Shown here one piece after another: positions 21,159 to 29,600 of a stretch of DNA of 64,000 nucleotides. Source of the DNA: a virus; the IMG/VR virus record IMGVR_UViG_3300025598_000020. The stretch is one strand, 5' to 3'. Every line of letters starts with the position of its first letter. The stretch's first letter is position 1. The translations under genes were made by a program, and so were the position numbers. Under the pieces are notes generated by a model, which did no database searches, was not told the DNA's origin, and saw nothing but the letters and a program-made list of their open reading frames with translations.

Positions 21159-22439
21159 TTAGAAGCTGCCTCCATCCATAGTTGTTGTCCACACTGGAAC
21201 ACCTGCATTTGTGACAGTCAAAACTTGATTAGAATATGTTTGGTCTGAATTACCCGCAGCTGCAGTTACACCTAATCCACTGGAACCATTTCCGTATGTA
21301 ATACCATTTGTTGTGAATGATGTTTGTCCTGTACCACCTTGGCCAACTGCAAGTGCATTAGTCAGTGATAGTGTACCAACTGTTGCATTTGTAATATTTG
21401 CAGTTGCAAATGTACCTTGGAAACCATTAACGTTTGTATATAATGTGGCAGTATTTGCCTGTGTAAAATAATTGTTACTTAATGTATTTGCTATTGAAGC
21501 ATTAGTAGCCGCAATGTTTGCAAACAAATAATAGTTTTTAGAACCTGCATCACGCAACAAACCAGTAATATTGTTTGTTGATCCGTTGTTATACAATCCA
21601 TAGAAACCAATATCAATTACGTCACCCGTAGTATTATTGGCTGCCAACTCAATCATTGAGTCATTGGTTTGTACAATAGATGTATTGACGTATGTTGCGG
21701 TACCAGAAACAATCAAGTTACCAGAGATAGAAAGGTCTGTACCAATTGTTTGTGGACCAACACCAGAAGTATTAGAACGTAAAATTGTATTGTCTGTACC
21801 AATCAATACCGTCTCTGAACCACCAGAACCAGTTACTGTTGTCGTAATACCAGATCCATTACCCTCAATTGTTAGTGTACCACCACCAGATTGTGAACCA
21901 GAACCTGTGTTACCAGATACAGTGAATGATGTTGCAATTGTGTTATTGGAAATGGCGGTGATACGACCTTTTGCATCTACTGTGATAGATGGAATTGTTG
22001 TTGTATTACCGTATGTACCAATGTTGGAGTTAACTGTTGCTAATGTGAATCCTAATTCAACGTTGGCAGTACCATTAAATGCTACGTTAGCCGCAGTAGC
22101 ATCACCATACGCACCAAAATATGTCGTTTGTGTTAATGAATTTGCTGAGTTAGCAATTAAACTACCAACAGTAATACCTGCCGCAGTAATATAACCAACA
22201 GAAATGTTACCGGATGCATCACGTTTAACAATGGTGCTTGGTGTATTTGCACTGGTCGCATTGTCAATTTGCGAAGTGTAGTATTGGCCACCTACGTTTA
22301 CAACACCAGTACCTGTTGAATTACCAATAAAAATGGTATTTGACAGATATGAATATGCTAATTCACCTGCCTTAAGCGAACTTGGTGTACCCGTTGCGGT
22401 AGAACGTTTAATTAAAATACTTGTATTGGAGATGGCCAT
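21159..22439 (-). CDS. Tail fibre/virion structural protein
   Basis: ILIKRS..GELAYS N-terminus, ITVDAKGRIT motif, ends DGGSF. Confidence 0.75.
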   Translation of the reverse strand: MAISNTSILIKRSTATGTPSSLKAGELAYSYLSNTIFIGNSTGTGVVNVGGQYYTSQIDNATSANTPSTIVKRDASGNISVGYITAAGITVGSLIANSANSLTQTTYFGAYGDATAANVAFNGTANVELGFTLATVNSNIGTYGNTTTIPSITVDAKGRITAISNNTIATSFTVSGNTGSGSQSGGGTLTIEGNGSGITTTVTGSGGSETVLIGTDNTILRSNTSGVGPQTIGTDLSISGNLIVSGTATYVNTSIVQTNDSMIELAANNTTGDVIDIGFYGLYNNGSTNNITGLLRDAGSKNYYLFANIAATNASIANTLSNNYFTQANTATLYTNVNGFQGTFATANITNATVGTLSLTNALAVGQGGTGQTSFTTNGITYGNGSSGLGVTAAAGNSDQTYSNQVLTVTNAGVPVWTTTMDGGSF

Positions 22440-22489
22440 TTTAGGTCCTTTTTATAATTGTTATAAGACTATTTATTGGAAAAGGTAAA

Positions 22490-22861
22490 TCAAAAAGTTC
22501 CCCCATCAATATTACCATTCGTTAACTGAGCAGAATTATTTGCTAAATAATATGCTGTATTGGCTTCAGTTATAGCGTTGTTAGCCAAAATCAATGCAGT
22601 ATTTGCTTCCGACAATGCTGAGTTGGCTGTACCACTTACTCCGCTAGCCAATGAATATGCAGTGTTGGCTTCAGCCAAAGCGGAAGTAGCAAGACCATAG
22701 ACTGAATTGGCATAAGTGTATGCTACATTTGCTTCTTGAGAAGCTGCATTGGCTGTTGCACCAATCACAGTTATTTCTGTTGCTAAGTTGGCTGAACCAA
22801 CAAAAGTGGTTGTACCCCTAACAGAAATATTTTGATTTGGATTTACTGTAAAGACTGCCAT
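22490..22861 (-). CDS. Short fibre linker protein ending DGGTF
   Basis: EANTAY repeats; start overlaps the upstream stop. Confidence 0.65.
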   Translation of the reverse strand: MAVFTVNPNQNISVRGTTTFVGSANLATEITVIGATANAASQEANVAYTYANSVYGLATSALAEANTAYSLASGVSGTANSALSEANTALILANNAITEANTAYYLANNSAQLTNGNIDGGTF

Positions 22862-23226
22862 TATACCTCTGATCCGTATGATGAAGATACACCAGTAACT
22901 CCAGGATTAACAAAAACTTGGCCCTCTACCACTCTTGTGATTGTATTACTTGAATCTTTGATGGTGATATCGTATACCAATTTACCTGCGGGAACATTAG
23001 CAGAATTTGCAGCAGATAAACTTAATTGTACAATTCCACCATTAGCATCTACAATTGAGGTTGTAAAATTAATAAAAACGTTACTGGAGTAATAAGATTT
23101 TTTGGCCTGTGCAGCAACAGTGAACCCTGTCAAATTATAACCATTACCATAAAGGTCGGTCAATGTGGTCTGAGAATTGAATGTTGAACCTTGGTCAAGG
23201 TACAAATCTGCGTAGGCTGCTGGCAT
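22861..23226 (-). CDS. Conserved phage fibre-attachment/adaptor protein
   Basis: LYLDQGSTF..YD..RVVEG.V.V.PGVT pattern. Confidence 0.7.
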   Translation of the reverse strand: MPAAYADLYLDQGSTFNSQTTLTDLYGNGYNLTGFTVAAQAKKSYYSSNVFINFTTSIVDANGGIVQLSLSAANSANVPAGKLVYDITIKDSSNTITRVVEGQVFVNPGVTGVSSSYGSEV

Positions 23227-23229
23227 GAT

Positions 23230-23264
23230 AATATCCTATAGGTGTATACTACAGGATATTTATG
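23230..23264 (-). promoter_or_regulatory. Late promoter box overlapping a 12-bp RBS-sequestering hairpin
   Basis: Minus strand: CATAAATA overlaps AATATCCTGTAG-tatacac-CTATAGGATATT, which contains AGGA 7 nt before the ATG. Confidence 0.55.
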
Positions 23265-23296
23265 CCTTTATTAACCAGAAGTATACCTGAGTGTAC

Positions 23297-26200
23297 TCAT
23301 TTATTATTTCCTTTGAGTACATCTATCTCTGCTTTGAGTTCTTTAATGGCCGCAAATGCAAGAGCACACATTTTTTCGTAATCTACTGCAAGAATTCCGT
23401 CATCTCTCAATCTTACCGCTAGTGGGAATACTGATTGAACGTCTTGTGCCACAACACCAAAGTCTTGTTTACGTACATAGTATCCGTCTTCACCACCACG
23501 TGCCTGAATGACTTCATCTTTCCAGTCAAATGTTTTACCACCAATTGTTGTGACTATATCAAGTGCATTTGAAATGTCTTGAATATTTTCTTTAAGACTT
23601 ATGTCTGAAGAATAATATGCAGTAATATTATTGGCCGCACGAATCTCACCAGATGCTCCAGATGCACCGGTGCCTACGCCAAATGAACCAAATTGAACAC
23701 TACTACTTGTTCCAAAATTACTAGAAATGGTGTTTGCCGCAGAAAAAGCACCATTAGCCTGCGTAAATGCTGAACCTGCATAAGAACTTGCATTGTTGGC
23801 CGCAGTAAATGCTGAATTTGCATATGAACTGGCTGCAGTTGCATTTGTGGTTGCAGTATTAGCCTGATTGTATGCTGAATTGGCATATGAACTGGCTGCA
23901 GCTGCATTGGTTGTAGCCGTATTAGCCTGATTGTATGCTGAACCAGCATATGAATTGGCTGCAGCTGCGTTGGTTGTAGCCGTATTTGCTTGTGTGTAAG
24001 CTGAATTAGCGTATGCACCAGCACTGTTAGCCGCAGTAAATGCTGAATTTGCATATGAGGCCGCAGAAGCAATATTCGTATTCTGTGTTGCATCTATAGG
24101 ATTTTGTACAGTATTGTTGGCATAGTATGTCACCAACTTACTTGTTAAACCATCAATTGCTAATTGAATTGTATTAGCAGTAGATGAAATATTACTATTA
24201 ACTGTAAATGCAATACTGTTCGCATAATTGGAAGCCCAATAGTAACTTCCTGAACCACCAGTTGTTAAAACATATCCAAAAGTTGCTCCTGTTGGTAAAA
24301 TGTTAGTTAATGCACCACCAGATGTTGTTGCACCGGTACCGCCAGATGTGATTGGCAACGCTGTGCTTAATGTTAGGCCATTAAATGTTGGAGATGCTGA
24401 TGTTCTCAGGTCTTGTGGTGTATTAACATACAGTGTGTTAACTTGTCCAGATACAACAACACCATTGTTACTAGAAAATGTTACTGCACCAGAACTGGCT
24501 GTTGCTGTGCCTGTAGTACCAAAGAATGTATTGGTTGAGGTATTTGCTCTAGAATATGCTGCATTTGCCTGAGAGAATACTGCAAGTATATTTGAAGATA
24601 TATTTGTATTCAGAGTTGATACGTTTGAAGATATATTTGTATTCAGAGTTGATACGTTTGAAGATATATTTGTATTCAGAGTTGATACGTTTGATGTCAA
24701 ATAATTCAATAGTGTATTTGCAACTGCTGATGCGGCAACTGTTGATGTACTTGTAGATATCAAACTATTGCTAATCAAATTAGCAGTCATAATCTGAGAG
24801 TAGTTTGTACCGTTGTTTACATCAAGTATATCCCAATATTTTGAACCTTCATTCCAACGAATTGATGCATTTGCACCAGAAGTTCCTCTATTTACATTTA
24901 ATGAAGCATTTTGACCTATTGTCGCATTTGCATTTAATACAAAAGTGTTACTATTGTAAACTGTAGAACCATTAATAACAAAGTTACCACCAATAGATAA
25001 TTGGTTTGAAACACTTAAATTATTAATAAAAGCTGTTGCATTATTGGCGAATAATGTTGAAGTAACATTTACTGTTGGTGTAGTAACACTAGTATTTGCT
25101 ACAACGAAATTTGAGTAAGATGTTCCGGTTACAGAAATTGCGGCAGTATTGATACCAGAATTTGCTTGTGTAAAATTAACATAATCTGTTCCAGTAACCG
25201 ACATCGATGCAGCATTAACAACTGAATTGGCTTGTAATACATTAACGAAACCTGTTCCTGTTGCAGAAAAAGTTGCTGTATTAACTGAAGTATTAGCCTG
25301 TACAGCATTCAGATAACCAGTAGTTGTGACACTTAATGTAGATGTGTTAACTAGTGTATTTGCTTGAACTGCATTTAAGTAACCAGTAGTTGTAACACTT
25401 AATGTAGATGTATTAACTAGTGTATTTGCTTGAACTGCATTCAGATAACCAGTAGTTGTAACACTTACAGTACCAGTATTGATACTTGTATTTGCTTGTA
25501 ATAAATTAGTAAATGTTGTACCTGTGACACTTAATGTAGATGTATTAACTGAAGTATTTGCTTGTAATAAATTAGTAAATGTTGTACCTGTGACACTTAA
25601 TGTAGATGTATTAACTGAAGTATTAGCCTGTACAGCATTCAGATAACCAGTAGTTGTGACACTTAATGTAGATGTATTAACTAGTGTATTTGCTTGTAAT
25701 AAATTAGTAAATGTTGTACCTGTAACACTTATAGTACTAGTATTGACACTTGTATTGGCCTGAACAATATTCAGATAACCATTAGTTGTAACACTTAATG
25801 ATGCGGTATTGATATTGGTGTTAGCCTGAATAATTGGCACATATAAATTTGTTGCACCAATAATTGTATTCGAAAACTGTGCGGCACCTGTAACAAATAT
25901 AGTATTAGAAATGCTGGTGTTTCCAGATACAGAGAGTGTACTACTTAGTGATGTGGCACCAGTAACACCTAGTGTTCCACCGACTGTTTCATTACTTCCA
26001 ATTGTTAATGTTCCAGATACGGTTGCATTATTTGCAACAGAAAGACCTGTACCAGAACCGTATGCGGAAATTTGTCCATTTGCAAAAAGACTTAATGCTG
26101 TGTTGGTGAAGTTAACTGTACCACCAACTCTAAGAGTGTTTTGAATGTATGCGGAAGAGCCAGTGCCTTGAACCTGGAATGCACCAGCAACAATAGCAGC

Positions 26201-26383
26201 AGTATTAACCTGTAGACCAAGAGAACCATCACCTAAAAATAATGTTCCAGATGGTTTTGTAAAATTGTTGGCCGCAAGGTCGTTATTTTGTTGTAGTAAT
26301 CCGTTAGTCGAAACCACCCAATCAGAGAATGTGTTGGCGTAACTTAAAACCGGAAATACTTGTGCTTGAGAATAATTAGCCAT
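23297..26383 (-). CDS. Long tail fibre with 22-aa and 11-aa repeats and C-terminal S74 chaperone
   Basis: ANTFSDW N-terminus; QANTxVNTSTLSV repeats; YYSSDISLKE..GVVAQD. Confidence 0.85.
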   Translation of the reverse strand: MANYSQAQVFPVLSYANTFSDWVVSTNGLLQQNNDLAANNFTKPSGTLFLGDGSLGLQVNTAAIVAGAFQVQGTGSSAYIQNTLRVGGTVNFTNTALSLFANGQISAYGSGTGLSVANNATVSGTLTIGSNETVGGTLGVTGATSLSSTLSVSGNTSISNTIFVTGAAQFSNTIIGATNLYVPIIQANTNINTASLSVTTNGYLNIVQANTSVNTSTISVTGTTFTNLLQANTLVNTSTLSVTTTGYLNAVQANTSVNTSTLSVTGTTFTNLLQANTSVNTSTLSVTGTTFTNLLQANTSINTGTVSVTTTGYLNAVQANTLVNTSTLSVTTTGYLNAVQANTLVNTSTLSVTTTGYLNAVQANTSVNTATFSATGTGFVNVLQANSVVNAASMSVTGTDYVNFTQANSGINTAAISVTGTSYSNFVVANTSVTTPTVNVTSTLFANNATAFINNLSVSNQLSIGGNFVINGSTVYNSNTFVLNANATIGQNASLNVNRGTSGANASIRWNEGSKYWDILDVNNGTNYSQIMTANLISNSLISTSTSTVAASAVANTLLNYLTSNVSTLNTNISSNVSTLNTNISSNVSTLNTNISSNILAVFSQANAAYSRANTSTNTFFGTTGTATASSGAVTFSSNNGVVVSGQVNTLYVNTPQDLRTSASPTFNGLTLSTALPITSGGTGATTSGGALTNILPTGATFGYVLTTGGSGSYYWASNYANSIAFTVNSNISSTANTIQLAIDGLTSKLVTYYANNTVQNPIDATQNTNIASAASYANSAFTAANSAGAYANSAYTQANTATTNAAAANSYAGSAYNQANTATTNAAAASSYANSAYNQANTATTNATAASSYANSAFTAANNASSYAGSAFTQANGAFSAANTISSNFGTSSSVQFGSFGVGTGASGASGEIRAANNITAYYSSDISLKENIQDISNALDIVTTIGGKTFDWKDEVIQARGGEDGYYVRKQDFGVVAQDVQSVFPLAVRLRDDGILAVDYEKMCALAFAAIKELKAEIDVLKGNNK
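24591..24694. repeat. Perfect 33-bp tandem repeat, 3 copies (SNVSTLNTNIS)
   Basis: tttgaagatatatttgtattcagagttgatacg at 24591, 24624 and 24657. Confidence 0.95.
25200..25835. repeat. Degenerate 66-bp (22-aa) tandem repeats, about 9-10 units
   Basis: QANT(S/L)VNTSTLSVT(T/G)T(GYLNAV/TFTNLL) units. Confidence 0.85.
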
Positions 26384-26411
26384 TTTTGCCTTTGTCTATC
26401 ATTGCCTTTTT

Positions 26412-26609
26412 CTATTTATTCAACAACGCCTGAAGCATTTTCTTTATCTCACCCACATCGGACTTCAAAGAATTTAATTCTTCTTCCATCTGTTTCTTCT
26501 TTCTATATTCAACTAAGGCTGCATAATTGGTATTTAATACAGCCTTACTTTCCATATCTCTCACTAAGTGTGGGTGGTCTTTGACTTTTGCTATTTTCAT
26601 ATTCATCAT
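26412..26609 (-). CDS. Small conserved T4-like hypothetical protein following the VrlC-like gene
   Basis: KVKDHPHLVRD..AVLN; C-terminal coiled coil; coupled to the upstream stop. Confidence 0.75.
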   Translation of the reverse strand: MMNMKIAKVKDHPHLVRDMESKAVLNTNYAALVEYRKKKQMEEELNSLKSDVGEIKKMLQALLNK

Positions 26610-29600
26610 TATGCAGTCGCAATCGCACGGAAGTTTTTAATTTGTGGTGTGATTGATGGATTACTTGAATACATTACAACCTTAATTGCAAATGTATTGA
26701 AGTTGTTGTATAATGCACCAGTTGTAATATCATTATATGAAATATTCAAAGCTTGATATGTGTCTGTTGTAAATGTGGTTGCATCTGTGTAAACAACACC
26801 AGATCCTGGAATTAGAATTGGGTTCATTAACACATATGGATTATTGTCAAAGTTGTTTGCATCATTAGAATTTAATACTTTGTAATACACTTCAATCTTA
26901 GTACCAATTTGACGGTTAACATCCAAAACAACAGTTATACCAGTTGACTGGAAGTTATTGTTCAAAGTAACTCGGCGTGTGATGTAACGTGCGGCCGCAG
27001 TACCATTACCAAAACCACCCAATGATTCGGAAACTGTATTGGCAGAATAATATGGTTTGATGGTATTTTGAACAAGGATAGTGTTCAAACGATCCAAGTC
27101 AATAACTGGAGATGTCCATCTATCACTATTTGTAACAGTTGGTTCAACAATCAAGTCGCCAGCAGTACTGTGTGTTTGTCTTGCTGAGAAATTGTAGTTT
27201 TGATGTGGTACAACTTTTACAGCAGAAGACAGTGTATTAGCAGATAAATTAGTTGTTTTAACTGCATAACTGATTGAATCTATACCATTAAATGATAGGT
27301 CATTATTCATCAGTTGCAACAAATCAAAGTTTGCGGTTGTTGGTGCAGAGTTAGCAGTTACATCAAATGTCACAGTTCCACCAGCAAAATCACAAATCTT
27401 CAAGTTAAAACACAATGTCTCAGACGGTGCAGGTATCCATGTAGAAGCATTTTGTGACTTGAATAGAGAAGCTGCATAATTCAATTGCGATAATGTAGCA
27501 TTTTGGCCATAAATTGTTTGACCAACTTTAGATGAATACATTGTATAATTGTTGGAGTTTGTTGCAACCATCAATGAATATTGACCTGGTGCCAAATAAA
27601 TTGGATGGTCAAATGTAAATGTTGTTGAAGGTCCAATGTTATTAGTAATCGAACTTGATGAGGGAACATTGATATCGGCAGGATTCATGTAAACAACTGA
27701 ACCAGGAATCTCATTTACAGAATCAGGATAACCATTAACTGTTGGTCTGATACGAACAGAGACTGGAATTGTAGGATCAATAGTTGCGAAATACAAATCT
27801 ACTGATGATAAGAACACACCATTAGGATATTGTGCTGCATTGACATAGAAGTTTTGTGATAATGGATCGACTGCACCAGACGTGGCATTTGCTGTAGTAC
27901 TGGATGTTGCGGATGCAGTTGCAGAGGCTAAGACTTTTTGAACAATAGCCGAAGAAGCTGTTAGTGTTGAAGCATCAACACCTTGAGCAACAGCAGTTGA
28001 CCAAATTTGTTCTCCAAGTGAAGCTATTGATGATGCTAATGATGATGCTCCAAAACCTGAAGCGGAAGCATTTCCTGGAGCGGTTTCACCAGTTATTGAT
28101 TGTGCTGCATTTACAATAGATGTATATAATCCACCATTATCCGATACCAAAGCTCCTTGATACCCCGCAACACCTTGAGTTTTTCCTTGACCCGAAATGA
28201 TTGATTGTCCATCAATACAAATTTTGGTCACAACAGTTGTTAATGGATCGGTTGAACTACCAAATAATAAGGGTTGATAACCAGTATTTCCATCACTTCC
28301 ATTATCTGCTGGAGGACCTGGATCATTTGGCACATCAACAACTTGTGGTTGTGGTTTAGCTGTCGCCTGTGGTGGTCTTGTTGATACTACTGTTGTTTGT
28401 ACAGTTTGCAATGTTCCTTGTGAATAGAAAGAAGTTGTTGCATACGAATGTGATAGAGCTGGAGATATGATACTATCAGACCACTCTACTTTCAAAGTTC
28501 CTGTTGGAAATAATAAAGCATTAGCTGAATTATTTAATGAAATTCCAAGAATACTTGCGGTGTTTTGTGCTGCCGCAGTAACTCCATTAGGAATTGTTAA
28601 TGTGCCTGATGCACTACCATTAATATCTGTAACTAACTGTGAACTTTGTGTTGGTGCTTGTGCAGTCAAAATAGCTTGAACTGTATTGCTACCTGTTACA
28701 GTAACATTAGGTGTTGAAGTATAACCAGCACCAGTTTGTACTAGATTAACTGCAATAATTTGTCCACCAGATACATTGGCTGTAAAGACAGCTGGAGATG
28801 TATTTGCACCAGTAATACTAATAATAGGTAAGTTATTACCATTAGTGTATCCTGAACCAGCGTTACTAATTGTCAGATTGTAAACTCTATCTGTAAATCC
28901 TGGTGTAACAAAACCATCTACATTTATACCATTGATATATGTGTGAATTGGTGTAAATGGTACCATACCATTAACATTAAAAGATACTGGAACACTTCTG
29001 GCATAAGGAATAATTGCACTAGACAGAACTTGAGTTGTGGATGAAACTTGAATTGGTCCACCTTGCAACGCAGAAGTTAATCCTTGAGACTGAATTGCGT
29101 TGGTAATTCCAGTTGTATCTCTTGTGATAGAAGCTTGGTCACTGGAGTTTACAATAGTATCAGTTGGTTGACCGGTCCAGTTTAGTTGCCAATCGTTCCA
29201 TTGAGAACCATTGCCTGTTCCATTAACTGCAGCCGTCCATGCAGCTTGGTCTTCTGTTGTAATATTGATATTTGGTTGTGTGGTTGTTGAATACCATACA
29301 TCACTTGATGGTGAAATTGTTGCATCACCATGAAAACTATAAACATTAAATGGATTAACAGAAATAACTTCTGTAGCTACATTTTGATAAATTAGTGACG
29401 CTTCATCATAAGAGAAGGTGATTAAATTATTATTGATTGATAACTGGTTGTTTGTTTTATTGCCAGGTGAAGTTACAAAAGTACCTTGACTTTGGTTGAC
29501 ATAATAATTGGCAACATTAGATAAGAATGTTGGTCTTGCTAATTGACTAACAGGATCGATAGCAATTGCATAATCAGGATTTTTCACATCACCAACACTT

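Noticed and set aside
24591-25835. CRISPR-like array
   Set aside because: The repeats are contiguous, in-frame coding units without unique spacers
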